Assembly (NCBI GenBank): GCA_030704615.1
Contig: CM060731.1
Coordinates: 49,848,001-49,912,000 of the forward strand
DNA from: Takakia lepidozioides
Lineage: Eukaryota; Plantae; Bryophyta
DNA length: 64,000 nucleotides
Direction: 5' to 3'
Shown here piece by piece: positions 1 through 12,871 of the stretch (position 1 is the first letter of the stretch; every line of letters starts with the position of its first letter). Made by a program: the position numbers and the translations under genes. Under the pieces are notes generated by a model. The model ran no database searches, was not told where the DNA came from, and saw only the letters and a list, made by a program, of their open reading frames with translations.

Positions 1-599
1 CTGCATAGACTTTGCACAAAGTTTCCTAAATGGCACCTGCAGGCATTTATTCCAGGTTCAAGACTGTCATCTTCTAAGGCCATGTCTGGATAAGTACCTA
101 GTAAGTTGTCGAAGGCTTTGAATGAAGTTCAGATCGGAGTACATTTCCATGGTCAACGGACACACCAACGAGACCGACGAGTAGGCCAGGGTTCACTGTA
201 TCCAAGGAAATCCAAGACATGCATTCGATTGGGACTGGAGGCGCTAACAACCAAATGGAGGACGATGGCCAGAAGTTCATGGTGGAGGTTCAGACGTAAA
301 CGTGCTGCTGGGCGACCATTTGTTCAGGAATTCAGTTTGCTGTAAATAACAATCCCTGGTTTCCTTCGAGCGATTAATCTACCAACCAAACTGCGTGTAC
401 CTTTCCAGAACCTCAACTATGTGAGAACCAGGAAGAACTCAACCACCAAACTGGCTGTTAGCGTTCAGTACGTTTAAGAGTCCAATCCGCTCGATGCGGA
501 TACTGCAGGTACGAACATCCGAAACATATTTGCAATGTAATATTGGAGAAGAGACATAATGGCCTGGAGAACAATGTCAAAGTAACTGTCTTTATTTCA

Positions 600-1551
600 T
601 TACCGTTTACATGTGAGAGCGGATTCTACTCTCAGGTTATACTGAAAAGAATTGGCATACTGGAAGGTTATGCTATCACCGTATCTGATTGGTTTGCCAT
701 CGTTGACAAGACAATCATTGTACTTAAGCCGCCTGAAAACCATAGGATTGACTAATTTGGCTGACGCGAACCATCCACACGCGATATGGACATTGGAGAG
801 AGGACACCCTACAGTGCAGAGGTTGAAGATCTGAACACTAAAAGTTGGAATGCCGTTGGGGAGAGGGCCTGCCGGACCCTGAGATATGCTTATGTCAAAC
901 TTTGTACACATTTCTGCAAATGCAAACCAATCTAGAAACCATCAGGCGTCTGGAAAATGAGTCAGTTCAGGAGGTTCTTGAGAGGTTCTGGTTTCTTATC
1001 TAGAGCAGTTTACAAACTGGATAGTTCAGCTGGCTCGGCCAAAATATAATTATGTTGAAACAAATTTGAATGAGGAAGGAGGAACTCACCACCATCTAGC
1101 AGTCTACGATTTGAATACTTTGTTTTTCTCAAAAAATTCGGTGCGTCTTCAGCGCGAAGTAAGCCGTTACTCATATTGCTGCTTGAATTGAAAACTTGTT
1201 CAAGAGACTCAAGTACCTCCTCCAAACCTGCAATGCCATTGCAAGCGATTCACGCGATCAGGAACTGTAAGTTGTACATAATTCAATGATAAGTGATGGA
1301 ACCACGCGCTGGTACTACAAGTACCCCTTCCTAGCTTAATCCGATGTGCTTTCGAACGACTTTCATTGCAAGAGCGCATGACAGCGCCATGAGATGAGGA
1401 CCTCTTCCTCATAGATCACAAGAGGCACTGGCAAGTGCGAACCTGTGTGGTTGTCGGCGCAGGCGATGAGGGGAGATATAATAAGCATTGGACACAGGAG
1501 CGTGACGAGAACCACCCGTGATGATAATATCCGGCCGCAGATGGCACTCAT
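600..1551 (-). CDS. TPD1: TAPETUM DETERMINANT 1-like secreted Cys-rich peptide, 3 exons (1551-1443, 1227-1090, 913-600), about 186 aa
   Basis: The last exon encodes CTKFDISISQGPAGPLPNGIPTFSVQIFNLC..GC....VHIACGWFASAKLVNP.VFRRL.YNDCLVNDGKPI..G.SITFQYANSF, the TPD1 C-terminal domain. Exon 1 is a hydrophobic signal peptide and exon 2 ends in NRRLLDG. Both GT-AG introns are phase 1 and keep the frame. Confidence 0.85.
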
Positions 1552-3285
1552 TGCAGTAGCAGCTGTCTGGTGAAGGTTGGAAATAATATAAGCACTCGCC
1601 CCAATAAGAGTGTTGGGAACTGGTCAGATGTCGATACTGGAACGGCACTTGATCCACCCCTTTCCCTTACACCAACTACTTCTTTCTTTCTAACGCACAC
1701 TTCGAGATTCAAGTTTTCCTCAGTCATGACAATGATAGAGACCTATAGCACATCTCTCGCACTCGAAGAAAGAGACAGACAGACAGACACAACGAGAAGA
1801 AAGAAAGGTAAGAGAGAAAGTATATGTCTCTGTGCGAGACTGCAAAGGTAGTTCTACAGATGCGACTTCGTCATCAGTCATGACTAAGAAAGAGAATGTG
1901 GCGATACTTCTCCACGCATGACACGGTGAAGCAGCAGACTCGAAAGAAGAGAGTGGAACCACAGACTCAATATGTAGGAGGTGAGCGTAATCAAGGATCG
2001 CCACAATTACCACAAGCAAAGGGAGATAACCGAGATAGAAGACGTGGTAAGAGAGACTATGGAGACTCTAGTAAGATTTTGACAGAATGCGGGAGGGAGA
2101 CTTGATCTTGCAGTTGCCAATAGGATCTACCTGGCAGCCGAACCGACACTGCGAGAGGAAGCGCAGGTGGAAGTTGTGGTATACAGCAAAAAGAACTTAT
2201 AGCATGAAAAAATCCCGAGTTAGTTGCTACTACAAACACACGGACATGTAGAGAGAAGGTATCAGACACTTCTGCACTGCATACTAGTGTGTACTCCTCA
2301 CGACTTTATAACTTCCGCACTTATAATGGGAAGCCGGGCAGACACAGCGACGACGAGGAGGCCTAGAGAGAGGAAACAACAAGGAGAAACGGAAAGGGAG
2401 AGACCGAAGGAGCGCGGGCTTTTATGCTCGTTGAGAACGCGCGTGCGAGACACCAGTTTGGGGCGAGAGGCGTGAAGACGCGCAAGCTCGGGCCCATATA
2501 GCCACCCGCTATACGCTATCGCCTGGTTTCGCCAGCCGCCCTAACAGCTATCGCCACCAGCCTGGGACGTTACCGCCGCCGCTTTCTCAACACTTTTTTT
2601 TTCTCTTTTTATTTATTTATTAGCTAGATAATGCTCTCTCTCTCTCTCTCTCTACTCTCTACCGACCCACACGCCGTCCACAGTTCGAATCCCGTCACCT
2701 GCCAGGCTGCGGATGGATGTAAGATGGGGTTTCGTCTGGTGTGCAGGAATAGTTAATGGTCCGCACTTTTGCCGTGAGCCAGTCGCAGAGCCTGTGGCAG
2801 CCTGGCAATGATTGCCGGCGACACTCGCTAATCCCGATTAGCTGTCCCGCTTTACGTGGCCTTAATCCGCCTTAATCCCACTTACCCACTTGCTTAGTAT
2901 TATATCGCACCGCAGCGGTGCCTGTATTCAAGGATTTGCTGCTTATGCCTTCATGCCTCCTCCTATGCCCATGCATGCCTCCATCATTTTCTATAACGCA
3001 TCATGTATGCATGGAGCGCATGGGCCATGATCGTGATGCCATGCTACGCCATGTGATGGCGTGCAGCACATGCATCTCATATCCGGAGGGGCGGCCGGAG
3101 CTAGCATAAATTAGCATCTCCGTCATCCAACAGTCACGTCGACTTTACTTACATGTTCCGGTATTGTTTTTGTAACAATGCGGGTATTTATGTATTTATC
3201 TGCCTTTGCTTGGTTGTTGATAATCTGTCCCCTCACTAGCGCGTGGCCGGCAACTTGATATGGACACTTACCGTTTTTTTTCGCC

Positions 3286-3458
3286 TTCTATCCCATAACA
3301 ACATCAAGGGCCTCCGCGTCTATCCGATAACAACATGAAGGACCGAGTCCCGACCCTTCATATTTTTCCTCTTCTATCCGATCAACAACATCAAGGGCCT
3401 TCCCTCCCCTTCGGATTTTTCCCCTTCTATCCGATCGACAACATCAAGGGCCTCCCCT
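3286..3458. repeat. Imperfect minisatellite, about 4 copies of TCTATCC(G/C)AT..CAACAT(C/G)AAGG
   Basis: The motif recurs near 3287, 3319, 3372 and 3426. Confidence 0.55.
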
Positions 3459-5770
3459 CCCCTTTCCCACAAAGAAAAAAGCATTTCAACAGCAGTAGAC
3501 GTGTTTGGATTGCTGAGAACCATCGCTGATCGCGACATTTTCTTTATTACACGTATTGTCAAGATGTCAAGGTCGGCAAGGTTATTCATCTTAATTTTCT
3601 TTTAGAAAAGGATGACGCCTCCCAAACGAAGCGTAAATTGTGATTCCTTAGGACAAATGCCTGGTGATCGACAGCTTTTCATGTTAATACAATGTAGTAT
3701 TGAGTCCTCTGAAAGGATTGGGGTGCATATTGAGCCCTTTTGAAAAAGAAAAGAAAAGAAAATTTACTGACCGATGTGACAACTTTTGCACATATACTGA
3801 AAGAGAGCGACCGCCCACAAATCAGATCCGGAAATAATCTCTTTCCAAGTAACTGATTATACTGAGGTAGCGGGATTTGAACCCAGAAGTGCCACCACAT
3901 AAAGATATTAATAGAGATTAATTGGTGAGAATGGGGTACAGTAAACAATGGTGATTGTCGGATTACAGAAGTATAACTTAAACTCGTGGTTTAGTTAGTT
4001 ACTAAATGTGAAGGTACACGGTACCAACGTACCCAGGATGGTTTAGTTACTTACGCTGACGTACAGCTTACTAATAGAGCTGTAATAAGTAAGAAAGATG
4101 TACAGAGAGTAAATACAGCTTTACTAAGTACGCCGCAAAGCGATGGTTGGCGCTTTATTGGCGGCTTGTGTTAGTGCTTTAGTTAGTCCCTTCGTAACTC
4201 TTATCTGCTTTTTATTTTCGTACTCTGTCCATTACTCCCTGTCGATTCCTGTCTCGATCTTTTGTTTCAATATCCAACCTTTTATTTTTTATTTGTTGTT
4301 TGAAACATTTTCTCGAATTTGTACTGTAGTAAGTAGGTGTAGTTGGACAGGAACTAGTTGACTATTGTGTAAAAGACGAGACCTGCAAAGCCGATGGTAT
4401 GTCGTGTCGTCCCCCAAAGTCTTCCCATCGACGTAAATACGCATCATTGTCATCATCAATTTAGTAACGTCGCAAGTGTCGCCGGGAAAACAGATAAATT
4501 AAGGGAGAAAGTGCGACAAGTAGGAAAATAATAATATATATGTCCCTAAGAAAATAAGGGTGGCAAGTTAGTGGGTCCGTCCCCTTTCTTTTAAAAAACA
4601 AATAAAAAAATAAAAAAATACTGGGCTTCCATCCCCATTCTTATTTTAGTTACTAGTTACTACTTAGTGGGCTCCGATCAGGGCCCCCAAAACAAGTAGG
4701 ACCATAGCTATAATATTGAGTTACAGTGATAGATTAGAATTTTATTTATTTATTTTAAAGAATTACAGATAGGTGGATAGATTCAGAAGCAAGATTGGAT
4801 TTTATTACATACTTTGGTAGTCTTGGATTTACTGGAGTATGGCCCAAGCAAAGCGCCAAAAGTAACCAAAATCCTTGGCCCCATTCAAATCTTTTTTCTT
4901 GGGTAGGCGATCCGCTGATTCATTCACAGAATGAGTGAATGTATTGAACAACCTCCAATGACTGATCATGGACCTTTCTACAAGTGACAAAAATGTGAGG
5001 TAGACCCATTGATAAGTATGACAAAATAAATAAGAGGCCCAAGTGAAAAATCAGAAAGTGAGAAGGTGTATCCAAATAATGCAGCCCCTGGTTGGAGTTA
5101 GAGCCATAAATGCAGGCATGTTGATGAAGAATGCCGACAAATCTTTATCCCATAACGTTTGCCGCCAGCTTGCTGCACACCATAACCGTATATATATCCC
5201 GCCCGCTCACCTTTCCTGCCGTTCAATAACGGCCACCGGCGCCCACCGGCGGCCGGGAGTTGGAGGCCCCTCCTTGTGGTGGCGCCCGTCCCCCGTAGCC
5301 CCCTCATCATCGGTGACGTGGTTGGCCGGTCATCGATGGACTGAACGACAGGGAGTATCCGGTCGCCCCGGTTGCATGTCTACACGACATCAGGTGCTGT
5401 CTGGACTCTCAAAGACTTTGACAGCATTGAATTGCTAAAGTAATTTTTTTTTAAGAGATCAACAATGACATACAGGAGTAGCTTTGCTTACTGCAACTTC
5501 AAATATCTATGAATAGGTTCGAAGGCTCATGGAGGTGCAGTTACATTTGGTTATAGGTCCAAGATCCATGTGTGCGCTGCAAGTTGAGCATGTTTTGAGG
5601 GTTCTCTTCTCTGGACTTGCTCTGAGGGCTTGTTCCTCACCGACGGCACGCTCTTTCTGTAATCTGGTAGCTCTTGTTGTAACCTTGAGAATGTTGTGAG
5701 TGAGCCTTTAGCTTTGTCATGTGAGACAGAACAAGACTGTGTCGGCTGGAGCTTCTTCCTCCACAATAGC

Positions 5771-8700
5771 CTAGAGTTTGACACCCAAAGCCTGCAATTG
5801 CGACTCGATGATTTTGTCCCAATCCTTGTTGGCTTTTGGGTTTGCTGGACTCGGATGCATGACATCTCCAACTGTAATTCCAGGAATGCCGCATTCCTTG
5901 ATTCGCTGAGCTGCATACTTGCCTGCACCCTCCACCTCTCTCCCTATTAATCAGGTCACCTCATGGTTAGATGATTAAAGTCTGGAAAGGTCAGTTTTCG
6001 TATTTTTAGGGCTCATGAAAGTAATAACATCAGTTAACACAGTCTAACAAATATCATACTCTTCGCACTAGAACTGTACCAGTGCTGCTGTTAGATAACT
6101 GGATTGGTACATTTGAATTCAGTTGAGTACCGGCCATCTCCTTCTGGAAAATGTGCAGATTGGGTTGCAAAATCTTCACCAAGTGATCAGGTGAGGTTAC
6201 CCCATCGGTAGCTACAGCTTGGGTAGAACTGTGGTTAGCAAGTAATTCACAAATGTTCTCACATCCAGAATGAGTTATTCCATTTGGAACTTTAAAACCC
6301 AATGATCCAACACTTGAAAGCAAATGCTGTTCACCAAATGTGAGCTCCAACCACAAGGGGGTTTGAAACCAGAAAATTTCAATCAAGGAAGCCTATTCCT
6401 TGTGAGAAGAAGACATGAGACCATTTTTTGTGCTTGGCATCGACTCTCCCATCCCAGAGAGGGCAAAAGAGGGACACATACCTATACCCACAACACAACG
6501 AGGTTGAAGAAGGGCTATAACAGAGCATAGTGCCTTGTTGCATGCACTGGTCACAAGCGCTCTTTCAGTGGCAGTCAGCTTGTCTGGCGTCCGGTTCCTA
6601 CATAACCACCACAGATTTCAGGTTCTCAGCATCTGTCGCTTTTGCAACAAGCAGACCTTGTTAAGAGCTCATACAGACACCCCGAACAACATGAAGTAGT
6701 TGCCCAAACAATCCTCTCTTAGACTTTTGGAACTTGGCCCGATCAAAGCCCTCAAATTGCATGATATGCGGCAAGAGCTCAGAAAACAAGAAAGATTGGA
6801 AGTTTCATGAATTTTTCCATGTCTAAAATCAATGCGGTTCTTAGACATTGTATGGATAAGCACACCACACACTGACAAAAAATCTACCAAGGTATTGCAA
6901 TGTACTTTGCCCCCATCACACCTATCAGATTGTTTACTTGGGCCATAACCATCCCAAAGCTTACCAAAACATCAGCACAAAAAAGTAATTTCTTATCTGG
7001 GGCCCTTAAAAAGCAATTGTCTTTTGTGAACAGGACTTACTTGCCAGATGATTCCATGAAAAGCAGTGGGCAGTAGTTGTGAACCCAGAAACGGCTGAAA
7101 AATGCAGTCGGAGTGCCAAAGCGAGCTTGCACCCACCCCCACAGCCTCTTCCCACTCACCTGCTCTGCCAACCTTTTCCTTTTGAGTAAACAAGGGATCT
7201 TTACGTCTGTATAAGAAAGAGACATAGAAAGAAAGTTCTTGTTAGATTTACTCAATGAGCACTCCCTGTGAGTGTTAGCCATGAGTTACCCTTGAAAGGA
7301 AGTCCCTGCAGCACTTGCATGGACTCTTGACAATTAGGTTAGAGGGAATTGAGTGCCGATTAAAAAGTTGGTATTGACATCATACAGGGAAGCATCATTT
7401 CATCTTCCAACTCTGTAATAGATATGCACAATCTAGTCCCCATACCACTTTTAAACTTTTGCTTTTAGCTGTCCGTCCCTAGAAACACGGTGTTGATTTA
7501 GGTGTCCAAAACATACTACACTGCCAAACCACAAAAGAAAAGTGAAGACAATGCTTTCAACACAAGCACATGCAACAGTCACTTGTTAAGATCCTCAGAT
7601 CTCCCTCGGCCATTGTTTGTTCCCATCAACTCTAGAAGGGTGTGTCTGAAGCTATATAAACTGGCAGTCGCAAGCAGAGAGAGAGAGGAGAAAGAGAGTA
7701 CACCTCACGGCGAGGGCAGGCCAACCCAAGAACGGGCCTCTTTGGATGAGTTTTCTCAGGAGACCGCACCTGCACAATCCCTGCCCTTTGAGTGAGCAAA
7801 GAATTGTTGATGAACCTGCATGGGGAAACCTTGCAAGGCAAGGTCAAGACCAAGGATAAGGCTATCTCTTGCTAAACCCATTGATGAGTACATGACAAGG
7901 TGGGTGGCATCCTGGTTCTTTATGGCCGTTACTGTCTTCATGTTTATCTTGTATTTTCAGTCGGATTTTATGTTCACCCTTTGATACAGCCACAGGTTAT
8001 TGTTCAGCACTTGACTCATGAAGAGAAGAAGGGAGTCGCCCCTTGCACCAGATGGACCATAGGGGCTTAATGGAGAAGACCTGGAAGGTCTCCAATTTCA
8101 ACTTCGCTCATCAAGGTCATGATTTCACCAGGTGACTATTGAGTAAGCTTAGAAGTAGAGATTACCTTCCCAGTTATTTGGAGAAAGTCACGAATGAGGA
8201 CAGGATCTCCAAAGGGCACCCCTGTCTTCTCCCATACACAACCAGACAGAGTTGGAAGTCACAACTTTAAATCCCATAAACAAGACTATTACATGACCTC
8301 AGCAGCAGCCTCCCTCCTTCCCTTCATCAAATACACAAGCAAAATGTAAATGGGGCAGACCTGTGCCATGCCATACGGACCCGGATTCATGCCCACCAGC
8401 AACACCTCCACCTTCCTCCCTCCTGCATCTCCAAGATCCACTTCAAGGTTGCAGATTCAAATATTCTGAGATATGATATAAGCTTTTGTGTGATGAGGCA
8501 ATAGCTCTACACAAATCTCCCCACCTTCCCTAGATTTGAAGCGCTAACTCCTGTACGGATACAAAATTTACAGACCCGTCCAACATAGGTTATATACTAG
8601 ATCAGAACGGTATCATCACTCTGAAAGTGACAGTTCAGGATTAAAATGGCAGCCTAGCTAGCCACAATCACGTGTACGACATTTTAAGTGCCACTCAGTG

Positions 8701-10675
8701 ACATTCCTATATTCACGAGTTAGACTAAAATCACATTTGGAAGCACACAACTAAAGAGGGCTGAAGGAAGAAAGAAAGAGGGAAAGATATATTTGAGGCT
8801 CAAAGGACCCAAGAGACACAAAACAAAACAACACCATAGAACTACATTCAGGACATCAACAAAACAGAATAAATAGAACTAAAGAAGTATCCAAATGCGG
8901 CCGAACCATGGATGGCTCCTGCAGGTGGGATGCAAGGCACTTTGGATTTGAAGAGAAGGTGCAGAGAAAGAGAATTGTAACAGCCACAGGAAGCATCAAA
9001 CAAGTGCACTACAAAGTTGAGGCTGCACAATTATAAAAATGGCTAACGAAGGACACATACCGTATTTGCACACATAGTCTTCATGTGGCTCCCTTGCATA
9101 CAGCAACGGATTGTATCTGAAGGGTCATAGCCACACATTTGGTCACCAGTTCATGCCCATTTCGTCTCTCTTCTCTTGCCCCACAGTTTATCTACTGTCA
9201 GTGTTTAATTACACCCCCTTGTAGCCATTATTAATTGATACCGCCACACTACCGTGCATCTATATATACTGGTGTTGATAGACTGACAGTCCTCTGGAGT
9301 GTACATCATCCTACTGTGTTACAGAAAGAGCCCCTCTTCTCTCATACCTCTTTGGCTCTTCTCCCCTTTCTGCTCTCATTGAGGACATACTTCCTTCTCA
9401 TTTACAGAAAGTGCAGCTTTGGAAGTCACCAATATCACTTACCAACTGGTGCCCCGTAGGACATTCAGGCTTCAGTCAAAAGAGAGTTTCCTTTCTTTCT
9501 GAGCTTTCTGCGCACGTTATAAAGTTCAATTTCATTTCACTTCATTTCTTAAACTTAGGGGAATACAAGCATTTTGGGTTTTTCTGCGGGGTTTAGGGTA
9601 TTTGATCTACTGGTGTAAGTCATTCAATATGCTGTGCAAATCAATCTATTAACAGCAACAATGCACAGTGTATACACATTTGTGACATTCATGAAGAACT
9701 GTGCGGAAGAAAATTCCTCATGAGGTCCAACGTACTTCTGTGCTAAGATTGCAATGACAGTGGACGATGCCATAGGAGGAAAGAAAAAAGCTTACACACA
9801 AGCAACGGGAGCCTTGAAAGTCAGAGGGGCCAGTGCAGCAACCAAATCATCCACAACATTCAGCAGCGCCTCACAACCTCCCTTCAACATCACATGAACC
9901 ACAAAATGACAAAGTTCAGTTGTTTGAGAAATAGATCAAATCCAAACTTCACTAAAGCCAAGAAACATTTCAATTCAATCCCAAACATCTGAACATAAGT
10001 GCTGGCAAAAAATTTCCAGTAAGAAAGAAGTAGAAAGTGAACTCCAGAAATGCTTTTATGACATGACTGGATTTGTACCGGAAGTATCTCGGCAGTGCCC
10101 GAAATGGTTCCCTTGTTTGTTTGGCAAAGCGTTGATACATCGTCCTCACCACATTTCGTCCTTTTCTGAGGATCCCCAGCACTTTCTGTACTGCAGGCAT
10201 CCCCCAAGGCATCCGAACCTTGGGGTTCTGCACCATCTGAGATCAGGGTTTTGTCAGTTGTAGAGCACTCCAATCTATTCCACATTCGCGTGCCCTGGCC
10301 ACCATTAATTGTGAAGGTACTAACCTTCGTGAAAGAGGCTTGTGTTGTAACTCGGGGATTTGAGTCACAAACATGCCGAAACTGAGAGAATTCATTTGAG
10401 AGATTGGATACATTTGAAGATACGTCTTTGATTGAGAGGTGGGTGGTGGAATCCAAGCTCCCCGCTCTCGATGACCCCCGCCTCTCAGCTCTGGCAGCTC
10501 TGTCTAGCCTTGTAACAGCAACCGGTTGCTTCATACCAATTGGCAACTTCTCGTTGGTTGCAATCCGTGCCCGCTTACCTCCTGCTCGCCTATCATTGAG
10601 TGGGACTGAGAAATCCGCAGACAGCCTCTTGGATGCAGACATGGTGGCAGCCACTGCCTTTGTGCCGATTGTCAT
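5771..10675 (-). CDS. SMUG1: SMUG1-family (UDG family 3) uracil-DNA glycosylase with a long N-terminal extension; 9 exons (10675-10079, 9881-9796, 9116-9061, 8422-8361, 8225-8166, 7769-7704, 7159-7041, 6597-6482, 5922-5771), about 437 aa
   Basis: The spliced translation gives [90 protein letters not shown] and HPSPANPKANKDW. These are the SMUG1 motifs in the right order. All eight GT-AG junctions are phase-consistent with no stops. The start codon and exon-1 boundary are less certain. Confidence 0.92.
9500..9547 (+). mobile_element. Short retroposon 3' end with (ATTTC)n tail, diverged copy in SMUG1 intron 2
   Basis: TGAGCTTTCTGCGCACGTTATAAAG...ATTTCATTTC matches the copies at 17660 and 36132. 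Confidence 0.5.
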
Positions 10676-11168
10676 CTTGCTCGTGCAAGGGTTCACATAA
10701 ATCTGACTACCTGATGATCACTAGCAGGAACGATGCTAAACTACATTGACTGGCCCACTGCTTCAGGCCAGTACTAGGACATGTAATCACTCAAATTGTA
10801 GAGAACTACTATCATCTGCCCAGTTCATCACATTCACAGCGCTAGAAAGACGCATTTTTCTCTCAACTACTTCAACAACTCTAGCTGACTTCAGTAATGA
10901 ATTAGGACAGGAAGGTCGCAACCTCTCCAATTGGCAAAGAAAAAATTGGCAACTGGCAAAGAGTGGCCGGGAAATAACATTGATGTGCCTAACTCCAATT
11001 GGGCCGTTTTTGCAAAATCCACAGTTCGAGCATGCAGACCTCAACTCGAGTTGTTGGGCAACTGGTTTCAAAATGGATCAAACTGGGCTTACGCTTTCAA
11101 ACAGGAATGTGCAGATGGGTGATCCATGGCACTAGGCGAGCTCGCTGGTGGCTTGCGCAGCCACGAGC
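10676..11168. promoter_or_regulatory. Putative bidirectional promoter/5' UTR region shared by SMUG1 (-) and PPR-DYW copy 1 (+)
   Basis: The predicted start codons diverge with 493 bp between them. Inferred from geometry only. Confidence 0.4.
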
Positions 11169-12689
11169 ATGGCAGCGTGCCCATGCGCTCTCATGGGCGC
11201 ACAGGCCGAGACGAAGACCCTGTCTTCTTATGGCGGAAGAGGGGCGGGATGCCACACATCATGCAGCCGATTGAAGGGGCAGGGATTGCAGCTGAAACGG
11301 GCTACCTTGGTCAGGACGGACCAGAGTCACTTGCAAGTGATGGCTATGACGCCTCTCCAGCCTGAAGCGAGAGCGAATGAAGGTAGGGGCACCGAAATTC
11401 TTTGCATGTCTTTGGTCTCTCTAAACTTTTGGTGGTCCAGGCTCCGTTTTGTCCTTGATTCAACCCAGCACAAGCTGCACCCTCTCCATCCATCAACTGC
11501 TTCAGTATTTCCTGAATCATACGAGTATATTCAATTATTTACATTGTGTGTGTGCATGTCTGTATTGGTATAACAATTCGGTCGGGCTTTCCAGATTTCC
11601 TCTAGACATCCCTTCGCACAAGCATCAATCTGCTGTGTGAGAGCTGCCCAGCAGTTAGATCCCAACAAGGCCAGGGCTTCAGGCTCAGCCTCGAGATTTA
11701 CAAAGTTGTTGAACAGAGGTGCAGGGACTATCTTCTTGATGGCCCTGAAGTGGAGGGTCACTCTATGGTGAGAATACCCCAGACATTGTATCAGAAAATG
11801 AATATTTTTTTCAGGCCGCTTGCGATGCGAGCATCGACAATCTACCTTTCCTCTCTGCATCTATTTGTTGTTCAAAGATACCGGTCATCCTTAAGGTCCT
11901 CACCCATGTCACAGACCTCAAACAAGTTCAGGGAAGCTTTATGCCTAACACCGTTATTTTGAAAAAAAAAAAAGAGACAGAGAAAAACTTTATAATATCC
12001 TGAGAGAGGTGTTAAATTTATGGAAATTATTCACTATCATTCCTTGAAGTCACGCATATATAGGAGCTACTGAAGTTATGAAGCACCAGCAGAGCTCAAT
12101 AGGGACTGGGTAATAGGAAGCCAAAGTTCTCATGGTCTTGCAATTCTTGCACACAGGTCAAGCAGTGAGTAAGAAAAGGCTTTGGCAGGAGTTCTTGGTT
12201 GGATCGTTCACACTGGTGGGACAACAGGTTTGATAATGTGAGGCCATCTTCATTAGAATGTTGATGAGGAATGATTGTGAGTTAAGCTGGCATGATGATG
12301 ATGTTTGTGGACTGGACTGTATCTCAGGCTGCTTAAATTGTTGATAGTTTTGCTCTTCATCATGGAAAAGCAGCAAAAGTGTTTCTTACTGTTGCTATGA
12401 CTGGATGGTCCAAAAGTAGTTGTTCTCTTTTTTGGAAAATGCTTGGAGTTTTGGTGGTTATCCATCGTCCATTGGAAGCTGTAGTTGAGTGTGGCTGACC
12501 AGCTGCCGTTTTACAGAAAAGTCCACACGCCAGATATATGCAGACAAAGGAGGTCCTTCGGATTCAAGGTTGGTCAAATCCCCCTTGGGTTAAAGCACAG
12601 CTAGCTGCCACCCTGCAAGGTCGAGCACAATCTGGTGATGGTTCTGATATCGATGTAGGCCATGGAGCTCCATACCCAGAATACAAACG
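11169..12689 (+). CDS. Leader exons of PPR-DYW copy 1: transit-peptide-like exon 11169-11382, PDF-motif exons 12157-12227 (or -12237) and 12517-12689
   Basis: Exon 1 MAACPCALMG...RATLVRTDQSHLQVMAMTPLQPEARANE is S/T/A/R-rich and ends GAAG|GT in phase 1. Exon 2 contains RLWQEF. Exon 3 reads KSP...TKEVLRIQGWSNPPWVKAQL and ends in phase 2, in frame with the acceptor before 12872. The main exon has no ATG at its 5' end. Confidence 0.6.
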
Positions 12690-12871
12690 GTATTGTCAAA
12701 GAGCATATTTGGTACTATATATTCTGAGAATAGATGCCTGCAGTAGTAGTTGTAGCTCTGATAATACATACAAAAGAGCATGTTCTCATGCAGAGGTTTG
12801 TTGTTTGAAAGTATCCAGGCTTTTGAGTTGAGTCTAAAGGTTTGCAGCTAAGCGTGTTTTCATTCATGCAG

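Noticed and set aside
2425-2595. MITE bounded by GTTGAGAA / TTCTCAAC
   Set aside because: Short imperfect inverted match with no TSD.
2676-2705. tRNA gene (GTTCGAATCCC...CCA)
   Set aside because: Only a T-arm-like fragment; no D arm or anticodon arm.
9890-10696. Stand-alone 268-aa protein
   Set aside because: Better explained as SMUG1 exon 1 reading into the intron; the listed start is a GTG.
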